Shown here: one piece after another, positions 1-14,441 of the stretch
Numbering within the stretch: position 1 is the first letter of the stretch
Layout of the letters: each line of letters begins with the position of its first letter
Origin: Eledone cirrhosa
Taxonomy: Eukaryota
Assembly: GCA_964016885.1 (NCBI GenBank)
Contig: OZ024742.1
Coordinates: 69,812,001-69,876,000, forward strand
Reading direction: 5' to 3'
Length of the DNA stretch: 64,000 nt
Notes under the pieces: model-generated
What the model saw: only the letters and a program-made list of their open reading frames with translations
Databases searched by the model: none
Told to the model about the DNA's origin: nothing
Translations under genes and position numbers: made by a program

Positions 1-637
1 GAGCAGTGGGAGGGATCGTCATTGACGATGACCAGCCAAGCCTGAAATGCATAACGGTTGTCTCCCTTGCTTCTGCTGGACAACACCAGAGGGCGTTAGC
101 ACCCCGGTGTTCACATAGCTACGGCTTCCTAAAATTGTATTTCTTTCGAAATACGAAATTTCTATCTATATATATATATATACTTAGACAGAGAGATTAC
201 GGAAGTCACCGACTTTATTTTAGTGACCCCCTGCCATAGCTCAAACGCTCCATGCAATAACAAGTGGGCACCTTAAAGAAGGTCGTTGCATTGCCGAGCG
301 AACACAATTATTTAGTCTGTTTTATGGAGGTTATCAGGTACTGGTTACACTGATCTATCTCTTGTACAAAATTTGTTTTATCGCAATCATCCGTCTATAA
401 CAGTTATTATAAGTGATATATGCAGAGAACCATTAGAATCGGTAAATGTTACGTAATCTGGCTTAATTGCGACTCATGAGCAGGATGTCCGACAATAACG
501 TATCGTTCTCTAGTGTGTAGCCGATGAACGAGTTCACTAGTTTGCCAATTCTAGCAGTTCACGCTCGTGCTATCGCGTGACCTCCAAAATTGTGGCAGAC
601 AGTCGTGGAAAGCACACCCTGACTGGTTGGTTGAATT

Positions 638-677
<40 letters not shown>

Positions 678-839
678 CAGAGCATTGGCTCAAGGTCCAC
701 CGTGCTTTTGCCTTTGCACACGGTACAAAATTACTTTATCATACATTTGCTCTCATTCTGGGGCATTTGGAGTGTTTCCATTTATTAATATTATTGATAT
801 TATATTCCAGAAGAAATTCTGTTGAGTGCTTCTAATCTG

Positions 840-902
<63 letters not shown>

Positions 903-1220
903 TCAAGATAAACAAGAGAAACACAGAGATGCAAGAGTCCTATTAGTTTCACGCTTGGTGGAAAAGAAAAATACATATTTCAACGTATAACCTCCCTAAA
1001 GTTATCACCACACCAAAAACAATTCTTCGTGATTGAAAACATTTCCCTTCAAAAATATTTTATTATATTAATATCATCTACTTTTTATTTATATATTTGC
1101 CTTTGCATTTTCAATAGAACTTTCAATAATCTTAAGCTATTTCTATTTATTTTTTCTTTCGTTCTTGTATTTATTTACAAAACCTGAAAATACACACACA
1201 CACACACACACGCACGCACG

Positions 1221-1290
<70 letters not shown>

Positions 1291-1524
1291 TACACAAACC
1301 ACAGAACTACAAAATGCCATCCAGGACTTTATTCTGAGTACAAAGGGGACTGTCTTTTTAAATCAATAGAATATTCTAGTAAGTCAATCGAATGCTAACC
1401 TGTTGAACCTATTTCCACCCTCAACATCCCACCTTCATAAAGAATATACATAGGAAGATATTTTAAGAGAAATTCGCATATGTTCTAACTGACCACAGAA
1501 TATGAGAACAAACTTTTTTCATAT

Positions 1525-3075
1525 TTCATAACATTGATACACCAATCGAAATTCGTAATATTTTATAAAACTTCGTGAAAAGAATGAACGGGATACGTGA
1601 CAGCACGGACTCATGGCGGAGTCGGACTCCCACATTGAATGGTTTCAATTTAGTATTATTTATCCGAACATAAAGATTAGGGTATTCGTAAACAGACATC
1701 AAGACATCAAGAAGCTGACCATCGATCCTATACTCCTGCACAATCTTCCACAGCAGATCCCGTGGAACTCGGTCATATGCCTTTTTGAGGTCTACAAAGC
1801 AAGAATATACCACTTGGCAACATCCCATGATTTCTCAAAGACCTGCCACAGTGTGAATATGTGGTTGGCTGTGCTGCATCTGGGGCGAAAAAAGTCACTG
1901 TTCATCAGCTAGCTTGGACTCGACACTCTCCCTACATTGCTTCACCAGACACTTAGCATAGACTTTACCGGGAAGACTTAACAAGGAGATCCCTCCATAA
2001 TAGGAACAATCTCTCTTTTCTCCCTTTTCAGAGATCCAGGCCATTCGGCACGCACGTGTCGGCCAGAGAATACTTTCTCTTTTAACATAGCGTGCCGAAT
2101 GTTGTCCTCCTCGGCGCCCTTGCCACATTTGAGCACTTTAGTTGCTTATGTAACAACAGGCTCCCGAATATTAGTCATCGTTCCCAGATGTACATCGTGT
2201 ACATCAGAAGCTGCTGTTGCGATCCGTTTTAGGAGATCAACAAAATATTCTCTCTACCACACGAGGATGCGCCTCTCCGAAGAATGGAAAACCCCCAGGT
2301 GCGATCCTGAGAGCAGGTGTGGAGGAGGAATTTTTATTACGAAGTCGGTGGATGGTCAGCCAGAATACTTTATTTGCTGATCTGAAGTCAGATTCCAGCT
2401 TTACTCCAAAATCCGCTTATGTCTTAACTTTGGACACCTTTACTGTATCTGCTGCGATTTTTCATACCTGCTTGTATTGCAGGTGCAAGGAGGGAGACCT
2501 ATTTCTAAACCAACTCTATTTCTTTGCTCGGGTGGCATCTTTAACCTCTTGTTTGAACAAAGGGGTCCTCTTGCCATCCGGCACCACACCAAGCCTCTTT
2601 CGCACGCAGCATTTAACAGCTGAAGCAGAAACTGATGAGCTGAATAATCTCCACTCCGTTACAACGTCCTCAGTTCTCTGAATTTGGATGCAATAGTATC
2701 TGCATACCTGGTCCTGACTTCACGGTTTATCCTATAGGTCGACTATGACCTGTCAGGTTTGTTGGCTTTAGGTAATCTCAAGTTGCAGATAACTATATGG
2801 CAGAACTGTTCTGCTAGAGAACGGGTCGCATGTTGCGGATAGTGATACGGCCACCAGACATGATGGTTTGTTGCGATATATGGGTGAACCTGCCGGATGA
2901 ATAAGCAGCCGGCAAGGGTAAACTACTATGAGAGATTGAGCAATGGATGACATCATTAACTCCCAAGAAAAGTATCACAACCCAGTGATGTAGTAACGAG
3001 GTGATTAAAAGGCTGCCTCTAAAAAGCCTATTCTTCACGGCTACGAGAAAGTACCGGATTGGTGACTGGCGCAAA
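1525..3075 (-). mobile_element. Degraded RTE-clade LINE fragment
   Basis: RT motifs 'GISLLSLPGKVYAKCL' (1895..2128) and 'CFVDLKKAYDRVPRDLLW...FNVGVRLRHESVLS' (1526..1828), broken by frameshifts. Confidence 0.8.
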
Positions 3076-3266
3076 TAAGACCACTAGAACTGCAATATTG
3101 TGAGAAGTAATAAAAATTCATTTAATGTAACAATTACAGAAATATTTATTCGATCGCATTAAAAAAAAAAATCTCTAGATATACGCCTGTGCTTTACCAC
3201 TATTACTTTTTCCACATAATCTTCGATTTGTATGGAACTTTTTTCATTTATACACATATACTTACA

Positions 3267-3354
<88 letters not shown>

Positions 3355-3969
3355 CTCGAAAAGTAAACAAGCAGACAACGCAGGCAAACGACACAATGCT
3401 ATGAAGAAATATATTAGTTTAATGATTGATGCAATAGAAACATGTCATAACGTTTCGGACATTAGTATTTCATTAGAACATAAAATGGAAGATAAAAGAA
3501 TAGAAAAAAAAACGAGATTAGGAAAAGGAAGAAACGCAAATAATTTTTTCATGGGGATAAGTAGAAAGCACGTATGTGTATAGTCACCTATTTTGGAGGT
3601 GTTTGGTCAGAATTTATCTTAGATTTTGAAATGCAGATAACCCTTGTGTACTTTGAGAGGACATGAACCCGCGCTCGCGCGCGCGCGCGTGTGTCTCTGT
3701 GTGTGTGTGTGTGCAAAGCTAATCAATGCAGGGAGTATCAGTGGATGACTGGTTAGATATATGTGTAGGCGTACACATGCATGCACGTACATATTCACAT
3801 GCATACGTGTGAGCGGAGTGCACCTATTTATATGTACATGTCTGTACATATACAGATCCCCCATAATTCCTTGTGGAGCCGTAGAAGCACCGTCATACGG
3901 CGTGTCTAGGGAACTTTTAAACCTGGCGGAGCCCAATCCTCTCCAGGTCTGAACACAGCCGATTTTTTC

Positions 3970-4143
3970 TATAGAGGAAGAATCGACCCCAGGACTGAAC
4001 TGGTACTTTTTTTATCGACCTCGAAAGGATGAAAAACAAAGTTGACCCCGGCGGGATTTGAACTCAGAGCACGCAATGGGGTGGGACGAATACCGTAAAG
4101 TATTCTATCCGACGTCTTAAGGACTCTGCCAATTCCCCGCCTT
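3970..4143 (-). mobile_element. MetaSINE copy (older, diverged)
   Basis: tRNA-like head with B-box GAGTTCAAATCC and core TTTCATCCTT..GGTCGATAAA..AGTACCAG. Confidence 0.75.
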
Positions 4144-5049
4144 CACATATAGGCACATTCATAAATAGAAGCAATCATAAAGTGTTGTAGGAAGGTGGTG
4201 GCAAGCATTTTCGTCATCCTGTTCCATGTCCTGGGTATGATCATAAGGGATACTGCGAAACAGGAAATAGGAGGTTACCACAGTACAACCACAGAACCGC
4301 CTCACTACAAAGTGTAGCGTCACTGAGTATGTGGTGGGGATAGAACCAGGAGGTGAGAGTGGAGTAAATGTTGGCAGCATTTACTACTGTCGGAGCCCTG
4401 GCTCTGACAGTGGGCACCACATGCACAAGCAGCACGAACAGGAGACTCAAGCACACCTGCATCCTCGAACGAGAGCCATAAAGTGCTGCGTGTAATACCT
4501 GAATACGTGCACATAAGTACGTTTCAACGCATACACATATGCGTACATGCATCTAAACGTATAGAGGGACTGGTGGTAGAGGGAGTGGTGTAGGTGATAT
4601 TTATTGAAATTAAGGGTGGGGGAGGATGTATGTGTATATGGTGCAACAGTCTATGTGTATGCATCTTTGTGTGCATGAAAGGCTAAATCATGTGTGTGGT
4701 GGCACCAATAGAGTAGATGTGCATGTTTGCGTGTAGAAACGTGACAGTTATGCGTATGCAGATGAATATAACGCTTTTGTAACTGAGTGCGTATTGATGT
4801 GATGGATGGAGTCGTGTGTGTGTGTGTGTGTGTATAAATGGAGGTTATAGAAACTGTGGTGAGGAATGGAGGCCATTCGAGATCATTTCAATTTTATTCA
4901 ATGATAAATCAAATAATAAAGCACTGACCAATTATTAACCAAGATTATTAACAACACTAGCAGATGGAATTATGATTTCGACCAAATTCAACGAACTAGA
5001 AAATGACATATGATCATTAAAGGAACTAATTAAACACACCAACCAGTCA

Positions 5050-5232
5050 AATAATTGTTTCTACTTTTGGCACAAGGCCAGCAATTATCCCAGTGCATTA
5101 CTGGTACTTTATTTTATCGACCCCGTAAGGATGAAAGGCAAAGTTAACCTAGGCGGGATTTGAACTCAGAATGGCAAGGGCCGTAACTCTATGCATCAAA
5201 GCATGGCGTCCAACCCTCTACCGATACTGCCA
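5050..5232 (-). mobile_element. MetaSINE copy
   Basis: A-box TGGCAGTATCGG, B-box GAGTTCAAATCC, Meta-type core GCCTTTCATCCTTACGGGGTCGATAAAATAAAGTACC, tail AGAAACAATTATT. Confidence 0.88.
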
Positions 5233-5399
5233 AAATAATAAATAACAACAAGAACTGACAGGTAATGGACAATACAAACAAACAAATTCAAAACATTTGG
5301 ACCACTGTTGTGAAGAAAAACATTAAACCTAACAAAACACCCCTATCAGTTAAAAACTAAAACAAAATTATAGATTTAGTTCATTTACGTTCAAACCTT

Positions 5400-8300
5400 T
5401 TCTAGTATACCAATACATCAACCACAATAAAGATGTGTCTCTCTGGGAAACAGTAAGTGGCTGTATCAATTGGTGTAATAAAAGTGATAAAAATACTAGC
5501 TAGAAAAACTAACACTAACATTACCCACAGACCAAGAAGCAGAATTTAAAACTACTGTGGTTGGGGTTTTAAAAGGATGTGGTTTATTTATGATCAACCC
5601 TATGTACTCTGCAGTAATTCATATGGTACATAATGATATGGAAGAACGCTCCTTAAGAGCAAGGGTTGATGTATATAAACCCCATTCGGCAAAATGTCTA
5701 ATCAACAAAACAAAGTTGAACAATCAAATCGCGAAAGTATAAAATTTGAACTGAGTGATAAATAATCCCAAAATTTACTCATCAGTAAAGAGTGCGTTAA
5801 CCTCTATGGAGATGATATGCTACCATTGCTTGTCCACCTCACAATGTTATAGAAACTGCCCTGTAAAATCCTAGCTCATTAAAAGAACGTGTCACAATTA
5901 CAACGGGCCCACATCTATAAAATTCACTATTAACTGTGAGCAACAACACAACAATTAACACAATATCAGAGAACCATTTGATAACTGTGACAAAAATAGT
6001 TAAAAATGGCTTTTACAATTAGTTTAAAATACAAACACCGAAAAAATCATGAATACTAATGAATCAAATTGAAATAAGTAACGTCAACCTCAACAGCGTG
6101 AACCAATGTAAATATTATTTAAACCTTTATGGTTCAGTTATTGATATTTTGTTTTCATTTTCATGGACTCTTGTTGCAAGCTTAAAGTTTTACAAAAGAG
6201 AAGAATTTTCTTTTTCATTCAATACAATGTATCACAACTTGTGAAGTTGCCTCACAGGGACTAGATTAGACTTCTGAATTAGACATATTACAATGTGTAA
6301 TTCCATAGCTCTTTATACACGCACATTGATAAACTAAACTTTTATTTCATACACGCTTAGACAAACTCCACAAAGCACAAGGATATGTGGTAATTCAAAG
6401 TTTCTTTAAAAAATCAAATTTCTACTTTCGGGAGACTTTATTGCACATCATTCATTTTGGAACACCTATATAAAAAAATAGCATAAAGAAGGATAATATT
6501 ACTTTGAGATTAAGCATAAATATAACTTTATTTTACATATAGTACCAGATCCCCAACCTACAGATATTTTGATAACAGAACATCAACAATAGGTCATTTA
6601 CGACATTCTTTATCAGCTTCCCCTTTAATAGGCAACTGAAAATTAAACTATAAAATGGATCTAGCGTCGGAGCATACCACTCACTAGTAGTTTTAATATT
6701 ATGATTCCTATAACCACTAGAATTACTAATAATAGCCAATCAAATCAAAGAAAGACGAAAGTAGGTAAATATTAATTCCAATGTGTGAATGGAGATAACT
6801 TGCTAATTATTTGGAAGCACAACTATTACCTCATAACAAATTTAACACTATCCAATCAACCGAAGAACTAAAAATAAGTCTACAAATATTTATCGATAAA
6901 TTTCGAAACACAATTACCTAGAAATTACTCCTTATTTATTTCAATCTGAATAACAATAATAACAGTAACGATTACAACTATAATAAGGCAGGGAAGTCGC
7001 GAAGTATAAAAATAAGTAATAAATTAAATAAAACAATCATTAGATAATGAAAATACTCTCCAACAAATTCTAATTATGAAATATTTAAAAGAATGAAAAA
7101 GTTTAAATGGCAAATAAAACAAGCTCAAAGCGGCTTCTAATCTAGCAAAGATAATCTAAGATCCATCGACAATACATACAATATATACATTTGAATGATC
7201 AAACCAAAATCTCCATAAGTAATGCATGATCACAATAATCACAATAATCTCAAACAACTTGCTTCGTTATTAGCAGAATCAATTTCTAGTAATTTTTCGA
7301 TTAGAATAAAGAAATGTTAGAAAAAAAGAATTTCTCCTCTCAATCCAAATGTAGACTTTACTCCTATTATTATACAAGAGTTATTATCAACTAAATATGA
7401 GTTAGAAGAGGAAAGAAACACAGGTCTAGATGAAATATATGATTCAATAATCAATGAAACGTGGATGGTGATACTAAACATAAATGTCAATATATAGATG
7501 TATGGACATCTTAATAATACGTTAATAATACCAAAACCAAATAAAGACAACTATCATTCGACATCAAATATTGCTGACATCTAAAGTTGCAGCAATGTTT
7601 GAGACGAACGTAAGTGGCAAGTTTGCAGGCCTCAACTTTCTAGAAGAAAATATTAACTCTTGAGGCGACAACATCAAGGGAGCACTTCAAGAAACAGCTT
7701 TAGGGAGAACGAGAAGAAAGAATAAACCATGGGTCACCGATGACATCTTGAACCGATATGATTTAAGACGTGACTTGAGGAAGATCAAGCTAACATATTA
7801 GAAGGCACGACAATACAACGCTGTGAATAGGAAGGTCAGGAAGAAAATGAGGGAAGCCAAAGAAAAGTGGATAAAAGACCAATGCCAAAACATCGAAGCT
7901 GAAATACAAAAGGGCAACAGCAAGCTTATTATGAAACCCTCAGAATGCTAATTAAAAGAAAACAACACACTACCACCTGACATTGAGGACATAATTGGCT
8001 TGCTACTCACAGACGAGGCCATGTCATCAAACGAAGGTCTGAGTTTTGCGAAGGTCTGAGTTTTGCGAAGACCTTTATAATCACAAACCCAGACATGACA
8101 CCAGCGTCCTGAAAAATTCCACAAATAAGAACATAGAAACATAGAATACTCCAATTCTCCTAGAGGAAATCGAAGAGGCGGTACACATGCTCAAAGATGG
8201 TAAATCTCCAGGAATCGATAACACTCTATCAGATCTCCTAAAACAAGGAGGGCCAAAATTTATCAAGGCTCTGATAGTTACTTGTTAGAAGATATGGGAA

Positions 8301-10000
8301 ACAAAGAAGTGACCAAAGGAGCGCACACAATCACTGATGATACCCATTCCCCCCAAAATGAACTTAAGACTCTGCCAGAACTATAGAACAATCAGTCTAA
8401 TTAGCCACCCAAGTAATGTACTGCTAAAAGGTATTCTAAACAAACTTAAGGGAAAGGCAGAAGAAATTCTGGCAGAAAAACAGACAGGATATTTAATATC
8501 AGACTGCTCACTGAGAAACACCTAAAGCACAAATCTGACCTCTATCATAACTACATCTATTTTAAAAAGGCCTCTGGTCGTGTCTCGCAAGAGGGTTTGT
8601 GGAAAGTGGTGAAGGATTACAACTTTGACATCAATCTCATTCAAGTGCAATTCGAGAATTCTTCGGGACAAGTGGGGGTTCAACAAGGTTATCTCCTTTC
8701 TCCAGTTCTTTTCCTGGAAAACATCATGCAAGAAACACTCCACCTCTGTTTCCATTGGAAGATGGCCCATTTCCAATTTGCGATTTGCTGATGACATTGA
8801 CCTGTGAGAAAGCAGTGAAGCAGAACTCCAGGAGCTCACTACCAGACTGGAAAAGCATCAGGAGCATAGGGAATGGAGATCAGCACAGAAACGAGCAAGA
8901 TTCTGAATAATAGTAATAATCAGAATACAGCAACCAAAGCTGAATTGAAAAGCAACTTCCTCAGTTTTCCAACGAAGCTCAAGTTGTTTTACTGCGATCC
9001 TTTTGAATGGGTGTGAGCGTTTGACTCTCACGGCTGACATTGAACGAAGAATCCACAAGTGTTTCAGAAGGTTGCTACACATCTCGTACAGGGAGCATAA
9101 AACAGGCAACAAGCAAGTTAACAAATATGCTGGCAAATAGGAACTACTCCTTGAGATGGGGAAAAGACGAAAGCTTGCTTGGTATGGTCATGTATCCCGC
9201 CACAACTCCTTGTCTAAAACCATCCTTCAAGGCCGAGTCGGGGAAGGGCGAAGAAGAGACAGACAAAGAAAATTCTGGTCTGACAACATCAAAGACTGCA
9301 CGGGTCAAAACACCGAGACCCTTCTATGCATGACGGAGAATAGAAGCCAGTGGCGATGACTGACCGTGAAAGCGTCTATAGTGGCACCTCAACGACTGGC
9401 AGCACTAGTAGCGGGAACATGATGATACTGATCATTCGACCAGATCGTATCGACCTATAGCTCTGTTAAGCTCTTTTGGAGAAAATTATGGGTAATGGAC
9501 TATCCTACTTTGGAAAAACAAATATTTTCCACGAATCTCTGTTCGGATTTCATACGAATATAAACATTGAGAATTGTGTACATGAAATAACACATTCAAC
9601 AAAAAATCAAGACTAATGAAAGAAATCAATCAGTTTCATCTCATTAGATTTAAATGGGGTTTAAGATAACGCAGTGCTAGTTTAAAAGATTATATTATTA
9701 TGAAATATCTCTCTTTGTAACTGGATTGCTAGTTTTCTCCACGTCGTTGGGAAAAAATTGATTTTTGGTAATGACAAACGTCAAATCATATACCATCTGC
9801 GAGGGTCTCTCAAAAGGCTTTCCAATTTCATCCACTCTATTTGACCACCTCCATATAGAATATAAATTGCAGAAGAGTCACGTTTGGCCGATGATTATAC
9901 ACTTCATCATTAATAACAATAAAACTACGTTATGTACAGCTCTATTAACTACAATTAAATAAGCAAATTGATTCCTTTAAAACACCCTATATTTCCATAA
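5400..10000 (+). mobile_element. Ancient Jockey/I-group LINE relic, interrupted by an RTE insertion
   Basis: Decayed zinc-knuckle-like words near 5840-5950 (QCYRNC, TCHNYNGPH, NCEQQH). RT N-terminal 'LIIPKPNKD' ends at ~7550 and resumes as 'SYRPIALLSSFG' at ~9445; 'GLSKGFPISSTLF' (a PQG-motif relic) at ~9800. Boundaries are approximate. Confidence 0.55.
7563..9430 (+). mobile_element. RTE-BovB-like LINE, 5'-truncated, with 10-bp TSD
   Basis: 'CQNYRTISLISHPSNVLL', 'GRWPISNLRFADDIDL' and 'RKLAWYGHVSRHNSLSKTILQGRVGEGRRR'; short (GAT)n-like tail; TSD ATCATTCGAC at 7553-7562 and 9431-9440. Confidence 0.85.
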
Positions 10001-10978
10001 CTCTGAATATATCAGGTACTCACTTATTTGAACTAATGATGAAGTAAGTAAACTAGTTTATTATATGAAATGAATGGATTCAAAAAAGCACTCAATACAT
10101 GTGTAAAGGTTACGTCCGAACGAGTATCCTCCACTACCAACTAACTTACCCTACGCCTCTAGGTCCCGACCGGCATGATGGAGAGTGCATCGCCGCGGAG
10201 GACGGCGAAAGAGACGCGCTGGATATACCACTCCCCCTCCTGAGGCTCGCACCTACGAGTGACCAACTCCACACCGACAGCAGTGGGTAGGGTGTGGTTC
10301 GGGGGCCAAGAACGCAGGAAGTCTTCACTGCTACAGGCTCTACCACAAACCTATCAGACAGCAGTGCTACTTGGATAGTCTGCCCTCTTCGGCTTGGCAG
10401 GCAGCAGAGCCGAACGCACCAGGTTTCCACTTGAGTAGGTGTCACACCATTTGGCATCCCAGATGATGTGCCTACCCGCGCGAAACAGGAAGATTGTCAT
10501 GCTGTCTGGACTTTTGCCGTCCCCTCGGTCTAGCCCTGATGGCTCGAGCTGGGAATGGAAGCCTGTGCCGTCTAGACCAATGAAACATACTTAATGAACC
10601 AACTATTAACGCTACAAAACATATAAAGGTAATCGGTATTTGGTTATGATTTGAAAGTTTTCATCGAAAAGGTGACCACCACATGGTACGCCATTAAAGT
10701 TATAAAGGTGACCACCACATGGTACGCCATTAAAGTTATATCAAAGATATATCACAGTCTAATATAGTTTATAAATTATTATCAACGCTCAATGTTTGTA
10801 TGGTAGCTGGGTATGGGAATATACTACCTTAAAATTATGGAAAAATTTCTTACACGCATAGGGAAAAATAGAGTTATCAACTAATTACTTCTTAATAGAA
10901 AAATCTAGGATGCGAAAAATGCAAACCGCTTACTTTAAAGAGAAAAGAAAACTGGGATATTTAGCTACCTCTATCTTT

Positions 10979-11155
10979 AATAATTGTTTCTACTTTAGGC
11001 ACAAGGCCAGTGCATTACTGGTACTTTATTTTATCGACCCCGTAAGGATGAAAAGCAAAGTTAACCTCGGCGGGATTTGAACTCAGACCATAAAAGGACG
11101 TAACTATGCTCGAAAGCATGGCGTCCGACCCTCTATCAATACTGCCAATCCTCCA
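10979..11155 (-). mobile_element. MetaSINE copy with TSD TCTATCTTTAATAAT
   Basis: Same family consensus; TSD seen on both sides. Confidence 0.88.
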
Positions 11156-11349
11156 ATCTATCTTTAATAATAACAATTAAAGATCAAATGAGAAAGTAAA
11201 AGAATACCTAACAACACTACACAATAAAACTGTTTAAAGAACTGGATAAGATATATAGACAGGTCTCATTCAGACAATAGAGTAGGGTTTGGGTTTATAA
11301 TACGAGTATGTCCTTTAGATTACTGATTGATTTTATATTTGGTGCAAAG

Positions 11350-11685
11350 TTATGCAGAATGATAACATCTTTTGTTTCTGTTAAAGAAATACCATAGGAA
11401 AAGTGTAATGAAAAATAGGTAATTAATTATCGGAAAAGTAATTAACAAATAAGAATGATTTGGATACCAGGCCTTAGAGATATCAAGGAAAACAAAGACG
11501 TAGATAAAATGGCAAAAGAAGGAGCACAACTTGTTTTGTTTTTGTTTTCTTAAATATAGGGCCATTAGATACCTTCCCAGCTTTACACTGATACTTAAAC
11601 CGATTAGATAAATAAATGATAGTTGATGTTTCAAATAAACAACATTGGGAGTGGAGAGAGGCAAGTCTATGATACGCCTGTACAA
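11350..11685 (-). mobile_element. Short LINE reverse-transcriptase relic
   Basis: 'VFVFLDISKAW...HSYLL' resembles the LINE RT motif VFLDISKAFDxVxH. Confidence 0.45.
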
Positions 11686-11718
11686 CCTTTTCCTGCAAGA
11701 AAGAAAATGTCATGATTA

Positions 11719-11800
<82 letters not shown>

Positions 11801-12149
11801 CGAAAGAAATGTGGTAAGGAACCAGATGGACCATAACGCACCAAAGTACTCAATGCTTAGGGTAGTAGAGTGGGTAATAGGAACGAGTAGGTCCCTTTCT
11901 CACTCTTTCTTTCTCTTTCCCTGGGTCTCTTTCTCTCACACGCACGCATACACTCATTCACACATATACACTCACACACGCTCACGCACGCATATTTATA
12001 TATTTATATACATACTGTATACATATATACATATATACCAATATATATATATATGTGTGTGTATGTGTGTGTGTGTAGGTATGTGTGTGTGTATGTATGT
12101 ATGTATGCATGTATGTACATATCTATAAGTATAAAGAAGATCAACATAC

Positions 12150-13238
12150 GTAAAATTGTATAGAGATACCGCTGTAGAATACTGAGATTGTAAACATGGT
12201 GTGTGTTATTGCCATCAAGGATACAATAGATTTTTCATAAACGTCCACATCCTTCTGAAAAAAGACGTAGATCAGTATGTAAGTGGAAATAAGTGTGAGC
12301 CAAAACAGATTGACCAAGTAGACGGAGAAATATTTGTTGACTCGATCTAATAGCTCCATTATCTCTTCATATTTCTTCTGTAGATAAATTAATTTGCTGT
12401 CAATATCATTAGTTTGTTTGTTGTCTAGCAACTTCAATTCCTGTGTCAGTGCATATAACTCATGACCTATAATTTTTAGGAAACAATAAACTAACGAATC
12501 GTCACTTAGGATTCCAGAAGCAATAAACCAGCTTACAAACAGGAAATTTATAACTTCGACAGTTATATTCCTCAATACTGGAATATCTAGTAAGGTAGTA
12601 ATAGTATTTTCCTTATTTTGAAATTTAACCAATATCACTATACTTAATAAACTCAGGATTATTACGGATACCGAAAACGATACCAAAAATTTAACAGGCC
12701 GATTTAATTTCCTGGAATAAATTTCGTCAGTCAAAGGATCATAAATAATGAATTTATCTATCAATTTTCTTCCAAGCATAATATTGAAGATGATTTTCAG
12801 AGCATGTTTAAAAATTTCCACAAGATAGAAGTGCAAGAAAGTTGAGTAGACGATACATTTTCCAGCGCTTTGCCTTCCGTCTATCATTATATATAGCCGT
12901 AATAGATTCAAAACCAAAAACATTAAAACGATACCCTTAAAAACTTTAAACAAATTCTGTTGACGTTTGGTGAGATAATTTGTTGGATACAACTCTTGTC
13001 CGGTGGATGCTGTGAAATGTAGTAAAGGTTTTAAAGTTGTCATCAGATTTTCTTTATTTAAATTTTGGTTTGGTAGCCAATAGTCAATATTGATGGAAGT
13101 GCTGTAAATAGATAACTCAGCACTAGAGATGTCAGAGGGAGTAGGATGCGAACTTCGTGAATAAATATTCCTTGATTCGTGTTTTGGCATAGCTGCTACA
13201 CTGGATTTGGGGAAAAGATTTGTAATAATCTTTCTTCC
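12150..13238 (-). CDS. Large coding exon of a gustatory-receptor-like (GRL, 7TM chemosensory ion-channel family) gene; TM1-TM6 present, C-terminal exon(s) not located
   Basis: 349-aa ORF 12141..13190 with six hydrophobic segments in GR/GRL spacing, an N-terminal 'LKPLLHFTASTG' and the pre-TM5 helix 'QKKYEEIMELLDRVNKYFSVYL'. It is bounded by a splice acceptor (ccatttcag|G, exon start 13238) and a phase-0 donor (TAC|gtatgt at 12150/12149), so the ORF's final 'VC*' is intronic. The TM7 TY...QF motif is absent from this exon. Confidence 0.75.
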
Positions 13239-14441
13239 CTGAAATGGTAACGAGTGAATGATTGGTATGCTGAGAGGTTTGGATTTAATTATTTTATCAT
13301 GCTGGAGGTATTTGTAGTGATAACGATTGTAATAATGGTGTTAGCTATAGTCCTGATGTTTGTGGTGATGGCTTTAGTGCAGATAGCAACTATATTGATG
13401 ATGGTTTCTGTAGTAATGACGCTAGTGATTGTGGTTGAAGTAGTAGGAATACATATAGTAACGGTATCAGTGATGGTGGTGGTTGTAGAAGTGGTAGAGT
13501 GAGGGTGATTGCAGGGTTTGTATTGGTCTAGTGTTGTCTTTATTGAACGTTGTGTCTATAGTTGTGGTAGACTAGTATAGATTGCGATGGCTATTGTAGT
13601 TATGAGTGTAATGGGAGTGGCTGCGATGATGATAGGTAATATTGGAAATAGTTATACTTCAGCTATCTGTTGTGTTGACTACCGTATGTGCTGGATACAG
13701 CAATGATGTTGGCTACTTAAGTGTTATTATACGCTGTGATGTTATTCTATACACTACTCCTTAAATATCCTAATTCACAAATTCATTAATCAGGTACAAA
13801 TTTAAAACAAAGCATAAAACACAATGGAGTCACCAACTTTACACGTGAGAGTTAAAAGGTGTAAGCGTTTTTTTTTTTTTGGGGGGGGGGGGGGTCTTGT
13901 TATTTATCCCCAGGTTTGCTAAGAAAGAATGCATTGAAACTACAGGGTGTGACAGAAAAACCTCCCATATTTTATACGGTCAACTATTTAAATATGGAAG
14001 GTATTTTTGCTGCACCACTTATAACTATTCCGTCTCTTTCTAAATCAGGACTTATGTTTATGCATAATGTCCTTTCTTATTTTAAACAATAGACGTGCAT
14101 GGTCACTCATTGGTTTATCTTATGTAAAGTGTTTGACACCAATACCGGCTGGAATCTGAACGAACAAATCAAAACCACAGCATTAAGTGTTGTATATATG
14201 AAAGTTTTAATGTGATATATGTAAGGTAGTATTAAGGTTATACATGTATACACACGCAATCCACCCTCCACCCCCCCCCCCACCACCCCCCCCCCCCCCA
14301 CCCCCCCACCCCCCACCCCCATATACATATATATATATATATATTAGAAAGTGAGGTTTTTTTACAAAATGAAAAATAACCGGTGTCATATACGACTGAA
14401 AGTATAAAGAAAAAAAGATGAAATCGAAAATGCAACTGGAG

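Noticed and set aside
6740-6805. Minus-strand 'LELIFTYFRLSLI*' as the GRL TM7 exon
   Set aside because: Lies antisense within the old LINE relic, has a poor acceptor and lacks QF; likely chance.
11483-11713. Acceptor-like ttttctttcttgcag|G at ~11692 as the next GRL exon
   Set aside because: The phase-0 translation (EKVVQAYHRL...) gives no TM7 or TY...QF motif, and the adjacent sequence looks like a LINE RT relic; cannot be fully excluded without RNA data.
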